Shown: piece by piece, positions 1 to 9,367 of the stretch
Position numbering within the stretch: the stretch's first letter is position 1
How the letters are laid out: every line of letters begins with the position of its first letter
DNA from: Elusimicrobiota bacterium
GTDB lineage: Bacteria > Elusimicrobiota > UBA8919
Length of the DNA stretch: 29,332 bases
Reading direction: 5' to 3'
NCBI GenBank assembly: GCA_043816185.1
Contig: JBDRIG010000049.1
Span: 1-29,332, forward strand
Notes under the pieces: generated by a model
What the model was told of the DNA's origin: nothing
What the model saw: only the letters and a program-made list of their open reading frames with translations
Database searches by the model: none
Made by a program: the position numbers and the translations under genes

Positions 1-98
1 TATTTTTTGGCTAAAGCATATGCAGAAAATGAACTTTCTTTAATCAATTTCCTTATAACCAAAGTCGTGGTAGCATTCTTATGTGAACTTGTTTGCAT
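1..98 (-). CDS. IS481-family transposase, N-terminal part (runs off the window edge; not in the ORF track)
   Basis: Manual translation from ATG at 98: MQTSSHKNATTTLVIRKLIKESSFSAYALAKK..., matching the HKNA(R/T)TT..IR..I..S.....LA N-terminal HTH pattern of IS481-family transposases. Open to the window end. Confidence 0.75.
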   Translation of the reverse strand, partial: MQTSSHKNATTTLVIRKLIKESSFSAYALAKK

Positions 99-106
99 AC
101 ATCAAG

Positions 107-135
107 ATTATACACCTTAACGTATCGTTAGTCAA
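107..135 (-). promoter_or_regulatory. Sigma70-type promoter of the IS481 transposase
   Basis: TTGACT (135-130), 17-nt spacer, TATAAT (112-107); ATG begins 8 nt after the -10 box. Confidence 0.7.
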
Positions 136-1253
136 CAAGTAGTAAGCAACAAGGAAATTGTAACTTTTGTACCTTTACCCACAATACTTTCTAATTTCAT
201 ATTACCATCAAAATAGTTTGTTATAATCTGATGTACAAAAAAAAGTCCAATTCCTGTACCACTTGATTTAGAAGTAAAAAATGGCTCGAAAACCTTAGAA
301 ACCATTTCTTGAGGAATTCCTTTACCATTGTCTTCAATTTCAATACAACCAAATTTATTTGCAGATTCATCTGTCATCTTTTTTTGCTCTGTTGGTAATT
401 TAGAAACAAATACCTTTATTTTAATTATTTTATTTTCTTGCGACATTTCAAACGCTTCCAAAGAATTCATAATTATATTTATTAAACACTGTTGTAAATA
501 AGGCCCGTTTGCAAGAACACAAATTTTATTTGAAAATTCGGTTACAATATTAATGTTTTTTCTATCTATTTCTGGACGGACTAATTCTATTGTTTGGTTT
601 ATTATATCAACAACTGATGTCTTCTCAATCTTTATTTCATTAGATTTCGTTGTTCGCAATAAACTATGAATTATTTCATCTGCTTTTTGAGAATCATTCA
701 CTATCCTATCTAATGATTCTTGTAATGTTTTATCGCTACTGTATTTTTCAGATAGATATTCGGCAGTAGATTGTATAGCAAACAATGGATTTCTTATTTG
801 ATGTGCAATACTTGCTGTAAGTTGAGATATTGTCGACATTTTTTCTATATTGAACATTTTCTGATGAAGCATTTTTATTTCTTTTGATAACCTATGTGCA
901 GAAATACAATTATTGACGACAACTGATATTTTATGCCTATCTAATGGTTTTATCAGATAATCATATGCGCCCAATTTAATTGTCTGAATTGCAGTTTTAA
1001 CAGTGGCATATGCTGTCATAACTATTATTTCCGTATCATATTTTTTTTCTTTTATTCTTTGTACTAATTCTAACCCGTCCATTCCTGGCATCATAAAATC
1101 GGTTAAGACAATATCAAACTGCTCGTTGTTTAATTTTTCTAATGCTTCTCCACCATTAGAAGCTGCCTCAACACTAAAACCATGATCTTCTAAAATATCC
1201 TTCGCTAATTCTCTATCGCTAAATTGGTCATCAACTACTAAAATTTTTATCAT
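132..1253 (-). CDS. Cytoplasmic hybrid kinase: receiver domain + HisKA + HATPase_c
   Basis: N-terminal REC (ILVVDD, LTDFMMPGMDG, YLIKP); H-box SIAHQIRNPL; N-box NIIMNS; G1 DNGKGI; F-box FEPFFTSK; G2 GTGIGL. No transmembrane segment. Confidence 0.9.
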   Translation of the reverse strand: MIKILVVDDQFSDRELAKDILEDHGFSVEAASNGGEALEKLNNEQFDIVLTDFMMPGMDGLELVQRIKEKKYDTEIIVMTAYATVKTAIQTIKLGAYDYLIKPLDRHKISVVVNNCISAHRLSKEIKMLHQKMFNIEKMSTISQLTASIAHQIRNPLFAIQSTAEYLSEKYSSDKTLQESLDRIVNDSQKADEIIHSLLRTTKSNEIKIEKTSVVDIINQTIELVRPEIDRKNINIVTEFSNKICVLANGPYLQQCLINIIMNSLEAFEMSQENKIIKIKVFVSKLPTEQKKMTDESANKFGCIEIEDNGKGIPQEMVSKVFEPFFTSKSSGTGIGLFFVHQIITNYFDGNMKLESIVGKGTKVTISLLLTTC

Positions 1254-1273
1254 ATTTCTTAGTTAAATATGCT

Positions 1274-2629
1274 TCATTCTTTATTTTGTATCAAATCTGC
1301 AAATTTAATTTTCGTCTCCTCCGAATTAAGAAAACCTTTAATATCCTGCTTCTCCTGTTCTTTTTCATACTGTTTAATAGATAATTCTATTCGTTTTTTC
1401 AATTTGTCAACCTTAATAATAACACCTTCTACATCCTCACCAACAATAAGCACATCCGATGGCTTATCAACCCTTGTTTTGGAAATTTCAGATACATGGA
1501 TAAACCCATGGATATTTTGTTCAAGCTGTATCACACAACCAAAATCCATTAATTTTATTACATGCCCTTTGGCAATTTTACCAACCTCGTACTTGTCAAA
1601 CGGATTTTCAAAATTTGCCTTATAACTTAACGAAACTTTTTTCTTTTCAGCGTTGGAGTCTGCCACAATTGCCTCAATAACTTGCCCTTCTTCAAAAATA
1701 TCTTTTGGATGTGCTATCCTGTCTGTCCACGAAATATCAGAAACATGAATTAAACCCTCTACACCGTCTTCTAACATTACAAAAGCACCGAAGTCAACAA
1801 GCGATGTTATTTTACCTTTTACCTTCATTCCTGGCTTATAATTTTTTTCAACATCATCCCAAGGATTTTTCTGAAGTTGTTTTAATCCAAGTGCAACCTT
1901 ACCTTTTTTAGGATCAAATTTTAATACCTTAACTGTAAGTTCGTCACCAATCTTGTATACTTGAGAAAGATTTTCAATCCGCTTGTACGAAACATCGTTA
2001 ATATGAAGAAGGCCATCGATGCCACCAATATCAACAAAAATACCAAAATTGGTAATGGTCGTAATCTTACTTTTTATGATATCGCCTTCTTTAATCGAAG
2101 AAAACACCTTTTGTTTTTGAATCTCGCTTTTTTCTAATTCTACAATCCTATTCGATACAACAATATTTTTATTTCCTTTGTCAAACTCTGTAATTTTTAC
2201 ATCTATAGTTATCCCAATAACCTGTTGTGAAGAGTATTTTCTTGACAACTGTGAGGATGGCATAAATGCAAAAATACCTTCTATGTCTACCTCATAGCCA
2301 CCATTTATTTTTTTTGTTATTTTACTTTTGATTATTTCTTTTGACTTAAATTTTTCGTCGATGTTTTCCCATACTACAATATCTCTTGCTTTTGTATAAG
2401 AAATAGTTGGGTGGCCATCTTGTGAATCCAAACGAACTATAAATATATCGATCTTGGAACCTATCTCTGGAGGCGTCTGAAAATCAGCAACATCCACAAA
2501 ACCATCCCTTTTTAAACCCAAATTTACGACAACCTGACCATCTGTAATGGCAATAACTTTTGACTTTACAATCTGGCCTGGCTCCAACTTCTGAATCTCT
2601 GACATCTTATACATTAGCATTTCATCCAT
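1274..2629 (-). CDS. rpsA: 30S ribosomal protein S1 (about five S1 domains)
   Basis: Repeated S1 motifs (FGIFVDIGGIDGLLHINDVS, FGAFVMLEDGVEGLIHVSDIS, HGFIHVSEIS); cmk-plsC-ispH-rpsA context. Confidence 0.93.
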   Translation of the reverse strand: MDEMLMYKMSEIQKLEPGQIVKSKVIAITDGQVVVNLGLKRDGFVDVADFQTPPEIGSKIDIFIVRLDSQDGHPTISYTKARDIVVWENIDEKFKSKEIIKSKITKKINGGYEVDIEGIFAFMPSSQLSRKYSSQQVIGITIDVKITEFDKGNKNIVVSNRIVELEKSEIQKQKVFSSIKEGDIIKSKITTITNFGIFVDIGGIDGLLHINDVSYKRIENLSQVYKIGDELTVKVLKFDPKKGKVALGLKQLQKNPWDDVEKNYKPGMKVKGKITSLVDFGAFVMLEDGVEGLIHVSDISWTDRIAHPKDIFEEGQVIEAIVADSNAEKKKVSLSYKANFENPFDKYEVGKIAKGHVIKLMDFGCVIQLEQNIHGFIHVSEISKTRVDKPSDVLIVGEDVEGVIIKVDKLKKRIELSIKQYEKEQEKQDIKGFLNSEETKIKFADLIQNKE

Positions 2630-2653
2630 ACTACTTTCCTATCCCCCTTTTTT

Positions 2654-3499
2654 TCAACGATTTTTACCACAAATCGCTTTTATTTTTTTGACCGTTTCTT
2701 CTATAATCCAATCTGGCGTTGAAGCACCCGCAACAATCCCAACACACTTTATATTTTCAAACCATTTGTTTTTTACTTCTTCCGCCATTTCAATGTGATA
2801 TGTTTTTTTCTGTATTTTTTTTGATATGGAGGCAAGTCGTTTTGTGTTCGCAGAATCTTTTCCTCCCAAAACAAGTATTATATCACATTTCTTTGCCAAT
2901 TTCATCGCTTCATTCTGCCTGTTTATAGCGTCAGGACAAATAGTGTTAAATATCTTGAATTCGTTTGAATGGCTCAAAAGATTGGACACAATTTTTATAA
3001 AGTTTTCTGATGATTGTGTTGTTTGTGTGATGATACCAATTTTAGAAACAAATTTCAATTTTTTAGTATCCCCGCTGGTTTTTAATATAACTGTATTTTT
3101 TGGCAGATATGAAAAAATATATTTTATCTCTGGGTGTATTGGATTTCCGATAATAACAACCCTATAACCTTCTTTAGAAAGTTTTTCTGCATAATTTTTA
3201 GATCTCGTAACATATGGACAAGTGGCGTCCAAAATCTTTATTCCTTCCGCTTCCGCTTCCTGTAATGTTTTTTTAGGAATACCATGAGCACAAATTATTA
3301 TAGTTCCATTTTTTACATCGGATGTTTTTTGTATAACTTTTATTCCCTTATTTTCAAGTTTCTCTACCACCTGTGGGTTATGAATTATTGGACCTACCGT
3401 GTAAACATTGCCAGATTTATTTGAAATATTTAATGCTATATCTATCGCACGACGAACACCAAAACAAAAACCAGAATTTTTGGCAATAATTATTTTCAC
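2654..3499 (-). CDS. ispH: 4-hydroxy-3-methylbut-2-enyl diphosphate reductase
   Basis: GFCFGVRRA, IIHNP, AHG, DATCPYV, QTT, NTIC, SANT, AGASTP motifs; three Fe-S cysteines; GTG start. Confidence 0.97.
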   Translation of the reverse strand: MKIIIAKNSGFCFGVRRAIDIALNISNKSGNVYTVGPIIHNPQVVEKLENKGIKVIQKTSDVKNGTIIICAHGIPKKTLQEAEAEGIKILDATCPYVTRSKNYAEKLSKEGYRVVIIGNPIHPEIKYIFSYLPKNTVILKTSGDTKKLKFVSKIGIITQTTQSSENFIKIVSNLLSHSNEFKIFNTICPDAINRQNEAMKLAKKCDIILVLGGKDSANTKRLASISKKIQKKTYHIEMAEEVKNKWFENIKCVGIVAGASTPDWIIEETVKKIKAICGKNR

Positions 3500-3612
3500 C
3501 CTACTTTTTCTCCTACAATTCTTATTTCAACGCTTATTAATTTTATGCAGCAAAAACTGAATTCATTCTTACAAACATATTCACGATTGTTTATATCGCT
3601 TCTTGTTTATAT

Positions 3613-4188
3613 TTATTCACAATCTTTATTTTTTAACTTTTCTACTTCTGACATAATTTTATTTGTAATTAAATCATAGTTTTCCGTTGATTCAAATCTC
3701 ATCGGAACGCCGAATTTTACTTTTAATTTTCTAAAATTAAAAAGTTTGTCTGAATTTATTATGGCAACTGGGATAATCGGCGAATTGGTTGCAACCGACA
3801 ACATTGCAGCACCTTTTTTAAGTTTTCTCTCTTTTCCTGGTCTTGCCCGAGTGCCTTCTGGAAAAATCAAAAGAATTTCGCCAGAGGTTAAAATTTTAAT
3901 CGCATTCTTAAAGGCACCTATATCGGTAACCGCCCTGTCAACTGGAAATGCATTTGTTTTCTTTATAAGCCATCCAAAAATAAAAATATCAAATAATTCT
4001 TTTTTGGCAATAAAATGTATTTTTCTATCTATACAACTTCCTACAAGCGGCGGATCGACATAACTTAAATGATTTGCGGCTAAAATATACGAACCGTTTT
4101 TAGGCAAATTTTCTAGTCCGATTATTTGTCTACGATAAACTGTATTAAAAATTATTTTTGAAATTAACCAACCAAGCCAATATAACAT
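3613..4188 (-). CDS. plsC: 1-acyl-sn-glycerol-3-phosphate acyltransferase
   Basis: NHLSYVD (HX4D), AKKELF, FPEGTR motifs. Confidence 0.92.
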   Translation of the reverse strand: MLYWLGWLISKIIFNTVYRRQIIGLENLPKNGSYILAANHLSYVDPPLVGSCIDRKIHFIAKKELFDIFIFGWLIKKTNAFPVDRAVTDIGAFKNAIKILTSGEILLIFPEGTRARPGKERKLKKGAAMLSVATNSPIIPVAIINSDKLFNFRKLKVKFGVPMRFESTENYDLITNKIMSEVEKLKNKDCE

Positions 4189-4229
4189 TTTGTTAAGATT
4201 ATAATGAGCAATCTCGGCAACTGACTTTT

Positions 4230-4288
4230 GTAGGGCAACCCTTCAGGGTTGCTTCCAACAGTATAGCAGACCTAAAGGTCTGCCCTAC
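4230..4288. repeat. GTAG-type REP doublet (inverted pair, REPIN-like)
   Basis: GTAGG-GCAACCCT-TC-AGGGTTGC at 4230-4252 (+) and GTAGG-GCAGACCT-TT-AGGTCTGC at 4288-4266 (-); each has a perfect 8-bp hairpin. Confidence 0.85.
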
Positions 4289-4296
4289 AAAAAACA

Positions 4297-4965
4297 TTAA
4301 AACTTGATAATTCCGTCAAGTATTTTTTGTGCCACGAGTTCCAGTGTTAAATTTGTTGAATCAATAACAATCGCATCTTCCGCCTTTTTAAGAGGACTAA
4401 TTCCCCTATGCATATCGCGATAGTCCCTTCTTCTTACTGCTTCGGTAATTTTTTTGAGTGAGACTCTTTTACCTTTGGCTTTAAGTTCTTTCCATCTTCT
4501 TAATGCTCGTTGTGTTGGCTTTGCGTCAAGATAAAATTTTTTTTCCGCATTTGGAAAAACGGCTGTTCCAATGTCCCTTCCTTCCATAACAATTCCGCCT
4601 TTTTTACCAAACAGACGCTGTTTCTCTCTTAAAATCTTTCTAACGCCAGCAATTGCTGCGATTGTATTTGTGTTCTTTGTAATATCTTCAGAGCGAATTT
4701 TTTCAGAAACATTTTCACCATCTACAAAAATTTTCAGTTTATTATCCGATTGAACAAGTTTAATATCGATTTTTTTTGTCATTTCAACGATTTTTTTTTC
4801 ATCTTGCATATTAATTTTATTTACTGTTGCTTTCCATGTTATCGCACGATACATCGCACCAGTATCAACATAAAGATACCCAAGTTTTTTGGCAACAATT
4901 TTTGCTATTGTTGATTTTCCCGCACCCGCAGGGCCATCAATTGCAATAATTAATTTTTTCCTCAT
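4297..4965 (-). CDS. cmk: Cytidylate kinase
   Basis: IAIDGPAGAGKST, DTGAMYR, EGRDIGT, RD..D motifs. Confidence 0.97.
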   Translation of the reverse strand: MRKKLIIAIDGPAGAGKSTIAKIVAKKLGYLYVDTGAMYRAITWKATVNKINMQDEKKIVEMTKKIDIKLVQSDNKLKIFVDGENVSEKIRSEDITKNTNTIAAIAGVRKILREKQRLFGKKGGIVMEGRDIGTAVFPNAEKKFYLDAKPTQRALRRWKELKAKGKRVSLKKITEAVRRRDYRDMHRGISPLKKAEDAIVIDSTNLTLELVAQKILDGIIKF

Positions 4966-4978
4966 TGCTTTATTGTTT

Positions 4979-6250
4979 TTACCTTGTTATTTTTGCCAAT
5001 ATCTTCCAAAATTCTGGAAACGATATGCTTACACAGTCCTTATCTAAAATTTCTGTTTCACCTTCGGCAACAAGCGAAGCAATGGCCAATGACATCGCAA
5101 TCCTGTGGTCTTTATAAGAATTAACCTTTGCACCATTTAATTTTGTTGGGCCTTTTATTATCAGCCCGTCTTCAAGTTCTTGTATATCTGCACCCATTTT
5201 TTTGAGTTCTACTGAGATTGCTTTCAGACGATCGGTCTCTTTTACGCGAAGCTCCTTTGCACCCGTAATTTTTGTTGTACCCTTGGATTGCGTGGCTGCA
5301 ACAGCAATTATTGGAATCTCATCAATTAAAAGCGGTATTTCACTTTGCTCAATGTTTGTTGATTTCAATTCGGATGGCCTTACGATTATATCAGCAATCG
5401 GCTCGCCCGCAATTTCTCTTTCATTTTCAAATAAAATTTTCGCACCCATTCTTCTTAAAACATCAATGATACCAGTTCTTGTCGGATTTATACCTACATT
5501 TTTAATTTTTAACCCCGCTTGTCCAATTGTCAGGCGGGAATTTTGAACTATTGTTGCTGCAACTATAAAAAATGCTGCCGAAGAAATGTCGCCTGGAACA
5601 AAAATATCTGACGAGCGGAGTCTTGCTATACCTTTTATGGAAATAATATTTTTATTCGCGAAAATTTCTGCACCAAAGTTTTTTAACATCCTTTCTGTGT
5701 GATCTCGCGATTTTTCTGGTTCTGAAAAACTCGTAATTCCATCTGCATAAAGCCCCGCAAATAAAACACAGGATTTCATCTGTGCGGAAGATATTTTTGA
5801 TTCATAATTTATATTTTTTAAATTGCCACCTTTAATTTCTATCGGCAAATAATTATTGTTTGATTCAATTTTTGCTCCCATTTTTTCAAGCGGTTCAATA
5901 ATTCTCTTCATTGGTCTTTTTGAAAGCGATTCGTCTCCAATAATTTTGGTTGCAAAATCTTGCCCCGCAAGAATTCCTGATAATAACCGAACGGTTGTTC
6001 CAGAGTTTCCAGCGTCCAATGCCTCCGACGGCATTTTTAATTTCAACCCTTTTCCCTTTACAATAATTTCATTGTTTTTTTCTACAATATCAACGCCTAA
6101 TTTTCTAAGACAGTTCATTGTAGAAATACAATCGTCAGCTTTTAAGAAATTTTTTATATGGGAAACGCCGTTAGAAATTGCCGAAACCATCAACGCTCTG
6201 TGTGATATTGATTTATCTGGTGCAACCTCTATTTCACTTTTTATTGACAT
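4979..6250 (-). CDS. aroA: 3-phosphoshikimate 1-carboxyvinyltransferase (EPSP synthase)
   Basis: DKSISHR, GNSGTT.RL, SAQMKS, RDHTERM, ELRVKETDR, DHRIAM. Start moved to ATG at 6250 (MSIKSEI) to avoid a long overlap with tyrA. Confidence 0.96.
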   Translation of the reverse strand: MSIKSEIEVAPDKSISHRALMVSAISNGVSHIKNFLKADDCISTMNCLRKLGVDIVEKNNEIIVKGKGLKLKMPSEALDAGNSGTTVRLLSGILAGQDFATKIIGDESLSKRPMKRIIEPLEKMGAKIESNNNYLPIEIKGGNLKNINYESKISSAQMKSCVLFAGLYADGITSFSEPEKSRDHTERMLKNFGAEIFANKNIISIKGIARLRSSDIFVPGDISSAAFFIVAATIVQNSRLTIGQAGLKIKNVGINPTRTGIIDVLRRMGAKILFENEREIAGEPIADIIVRPSELKSTNIEQSEIPLLIDEIPIIAVAATQSKGTTKITGAKELRVKETDRLKAISVELKKMGADIQELEDGLIIKGPTKLNGAKVNSYKDHRIAMSLAIASLVAEGETEILDKDCVSISFPEFWKILAKITR

Positions 6251-7091
6251 AATCGTCTCTTTTCTCTTTGGCTTTTTTGAAAATTTTGACAAGTTCCTTT
6301 ACAGTTTTTGCTTTTTCAATTTTCATTAATTCATTTTTGAACCGTTTGATTGCATGGCAAACATTCATTCTGTTGTTAAAAATTATATCTGCCCACATTT
6401 GTGGGTCAGATGAAGCGATGCGTGTTGTATCCCTAAAACCGCTTCCGACAAATTTAAAATTATCCACCGAATTTACTAAGGCAAATGCAACAGCATGCGG
6501 TAGATGACTTGTGAAAGAAATTATTTCGTCGTGTTTTACAGGTTTCATAATTTCAACTTTTGCCCCCATGCTCCGCCATATTTTTTCTACCATTTTAAGT
6601 ATTTTTGTGTCGGTTTTTTTAGAAGTAGTTAAAATAACAGCAGCGTTTTTAAAAAGTTCGGTGGAAGCACATTTTATGGACGTTTTTTCAGAACCAGCAA
6701 TTGGATGGCCACCAATAAAAGCAGGTGATAGAGGGTAGGTAATAGAGGATAGAAAATTCTCAACCTCATTAACAATTGGTAACTTTACACTGCCAACGTC
6801 GGTAATTATTGCACCTTTTTTGCAAAAAGGAATTATATTTTTTACCGTTTTAGCAATAATGTCAACTGGAAGACAAACAAAAACAATATCCGCATCGTTA
6901 ACACCCTTTTTTATATCGGTAGTAATTTCATCAACAGCACCAATTTTTTTGGCAAGTTTAAGCCGTTTAAGATTTCTTCCAATACCTATAATTTTCTTAA
7001 CTCTTAATTCTTGATTCTTAATTCTGGTTTTTTTAATTGCCAGTCCTATTGAACCGCCGATAAGACCGACGCCGATTATTGAAACTATCAT
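6234..7091 (-). CDS. tyrA: Prephenate/arogenate dehydrogenase
   Basis: GVGLIGGS Rossmann motif, [18 protein letters not shown]...[18 protein letters not shown] overlap with the aroF stop. Confidence 0.95.
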   Translation of the reverse strand: MIVSIIGVGLIGGSIGLAIKKTRIKNQELRVKKIIGIGRNLKRLKLAKKIGAVDEITTDIKKGVNDADIVFVCLPVDIIAKTVKNIIPFCKKGAIITDVGSVKLPIVNEVENFLSSITYPLSPAFIGGHPIAGSEKTSIKCASTELFKNAAVILTTSKKTDTKILKMVEKIWRSMGAKVEIMKPVKHDEIISFTSHLPHAVAFALVNSVDNFKFVGSGFRDTTRIASSDPQMWADIIFNNRMNVCHAIKRFKNELMKIEKAKTVKELVKIFKKAKEKRDDYVNKK

Positions 7092-8101
7092 ATTTCTCTG
7101 CCAACTGCTTTGGCAACCGCTTTTATCTCGTTCATCATTTTATCGAATTGCGGCGGCAAAAGCGACTGTGGGCCATCACAAAATGCCTTTTCTGGATACG
7201 GATGAACCTCTATTATAAGACCATCGGCACCTGCTGCAACAGCCGCCCTACACATTGTCGGAATATATTCACGTACACCAACACCATGTGAAGGATCCAC
7301 AAAAACAGGTAAATGCGAAAGTTTTTTGATAACAGGCACAGCATTCAAATCGAGCGTAAACCTCGTTGCTGTCTCAAAAGTTCGTATTCCTCTTTCGCAC
7401 AAAATAACATTATAATTTCCTTGTGCCATAATATATTCTGCTGACATTAAAAATTCCTCAATCGTTGCTGAAAGACCACGTTTAAGTAAAATAGGTTTTT
7501 TTATTTTTCCTGCTTCTTTGAGTAGATCAAAGTTCTGCATATTTCTGGCACCTATTTGTATGATATCCGCATACTGTGCGACGAGTGAAACCTGATTTAT
7601 ATTCATCGCCTCTGTAATAATCGGAAGTCCAGTAATTTTTTTAACCTCCGCAAGATACTTTAATCCAGTTTCTCCTAACCCCTGAAATGCGTAAGGTGAT
7701 GTTCTTGGCTTGAATGCACCACCTCTTATCATTTTTGCACCTGAAATTTTTATTTTCTCTGCAATTTCAAGAAGTATTTCTTTGGTCTCAACAGAACAAG
7801 GGCCTGCTGCAATAATTACATCGGATCCGCCTATTTCTAAATCGTCCACTTTTATAATGGTATTTTCTTTTTTAAATTCACGACATACCAATTTGTATGG
7901 TTTTGAAATCGGTGTGACAAAAGCAACAATATCCATTGCTTCAAAAATATCTTTTTTCAAAATAGCACTTTGACCAATAACACCTATAACAACAACATCT
8001 TTTCCCTTCGATAAATGTGCAATAAAACCCAGTTCCTCAATTTTTTTACAAACCATACTTACGTCTTTTTCTGTTGCTTCTGGCTTTAATGTTAAAATCA
8101 T
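7088..8101 (-). CDS. aroF: DAHP synthase type I-beta with N-terminal regulatory domain
   Basis: [38 protein letters not shown]; about 70-aa N-terminal ferredoxin/ACT-like extension. Confidence 0.95.
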   Translation of the reverse strand: MILTLKPEATEKDVSMVCKKIEELGFIAHLSKGKDVVVIGVIGQSAILKKDIFEAMDIVAFVTPISKPYKLVCREFKKENTIIKVDDLEIGGSDVIIAAGPCSVETKEILLEIAEKIKISGAKMIRGGAFKPRTSPYAFQGLGETGLKYLAEVKKITGLPIITEAMNINQVSLVAQYADIIQIGARNMQNFDLLKEAGKIKKPILLKRGLSATIEEFLMSAEYIMAQGNYNVILCERGIRTFETATRFTLDLNAVPVIKKLSHLPVFVDPSHGVGVREYIPTMCRAAVAAGADGLIIEVHPYPEKAFCDGPQSLLPPQFDKMMNEIKAVAKAVGREI

Positions 8102-9195
8102 ACAATTTCTCTAACCTCCTTTATAAATTTTCTGTTTTCCGTCGGTCTTCCTATGGTAACCCTTATGAAATTTCTTAATCCATATTCCCCCATCGCTCTT
8201 ACTATAACACCTTTTCTTAAAAGTTTTTTGAAAATAATTTGTCCACTATTTTTTACATTGATAAGTATAAAATTTGCAGCGGATGGAATATATTCAATCC
8301 CGATTTTTTTAAGTTCTGTGTATAAATATTTTTTTTGCTGAGCAACCACTTTTTTGGATTTTAGAATATGCTGTTTGTCGTCCAATGCCCCTGCGGCGGA
8401 TGCTTGTGCAAGTGAAGAAACATTAAACGGTGGCCGCACCATTTCAAGATAAAAAATAGTTTCCGACGATGCAACCCCATAACCAATTCTCAATCCAGCG
8501 AGCCCATATATTTTTGAAAATGTCCTTGAGAATATTACATTAAGTCCTTTTTTTAAATAATCTAAACCAAGTGGATAATCCTTTTCATCAACATATTCGG
8601 CATATGCTTCGTCAATAAAAGTGAGCGGCGAGTAGCGAGTAATGAGTGGTTTGGAAAAAAAATCATCAAACTCCTTTTTTGTATTGTATGTTCCCGTCGG
8701 ATTATTTGGATTGGCAACGAATATTATTTTTGTTTTTGCCGTTACAGCATTTGCCATTGTATCTAAATCATGCGTGTAATTTTTCATTGGGACTTCAATA
8801 ACCTTACAACCCATCAAATCACCCGCCATTTTATATCTAATAAATGCGTGCTCGGATACAATTATTTCATCTTCAGGATTTAGAAATGTTTTTGCAATAA
8901 GTTCTATTATTTCGTCGGTACCATTTCCGAAAATAATTTGGTTTTCTTTGACGTTGTAAGTTTTTGCGATTTTTTTTCGCAATTCAAAACAATACCCATC
9001 AGGATAGATATTAATTTTATTTAATACTTTTTTTATAGAAGATATTGCTATACGAGGAGCCCCTAACGGATTTTCATTTGATGCAAGTTTAATAACCTCT
9101 TTTAGGTTAAACTCTCGTTTAACATCATCAATTGGTTTTCCAGGAATATATGGTTGAAAATTTAGGATATTTTTTCTAACAAAATTTTTATTCAT
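8098..9195 (-). CDS. hisC: Histidinol-phosphate / aromatic aminotransferase
   Basis: [34 protein letters not shown] (PLP lysine). ATG at 9195 preferred over GTG at 9207. Position within the aromatic cluster suggests an aromatic transaminase role. Confidence 0.93.
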   Translation of the reverse strand: MNKNFVRKNILNFQPYIPGKPIDDVKREFNLKEVIKLASNENPLGAPRIAISSIKKVLNKINIYPDGYCFELRKKIAKTYNVKENQIIFGNGTDEIIELIAKTFLNPEDEIIVSEHAFIRYKMAGDLMGCKVIEVPMKNYTHDLDTMANAVTAKTKIIFVANPNNPTGTYNTKKEFDDFFSKPLITRYSPLTFIDEAYAEYVDEKDYPLGLDYLKKGLNVIFSRTFSKIYGLAGLRIGYGVASSETIFYLEMVRPPFNVSSLAQASAAGALDDKQHILKSKKVVAQQKKYLYTELKKIGIEYIPSAANFILINVKNSGQIIFKKLLRKGVIVRAMGEYGLRNFIRVTIGRPTENRKFIKEVREIV

Positions 9196-9367
9196 TTTCG
9201 TTACCACACAAACAACAACGGGCTATTTACCATGAATCTTGTAATTGCTAAACACATATCAGTGCAATTTTGAAATTTCCAGACATCAAATTTTATTCGA
9301 TCTTTTTAAAATAGACATATCGCTTTTGAACGTAAACATAGCATCAATTTTTAAGTGATTTCTATCT

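Larger units (their letters stand above)
1..137 (-). mobile_element. Left end of an IS481-family insertion sequence
   Basis: Minus strand from 137 reads TGTTGACTAACGATACGTT: a TGT terminus with GTT at positions 17-19, as in IS481-type inverted repeats, just upstream of the transposase ATG. Confidence 0.65.
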
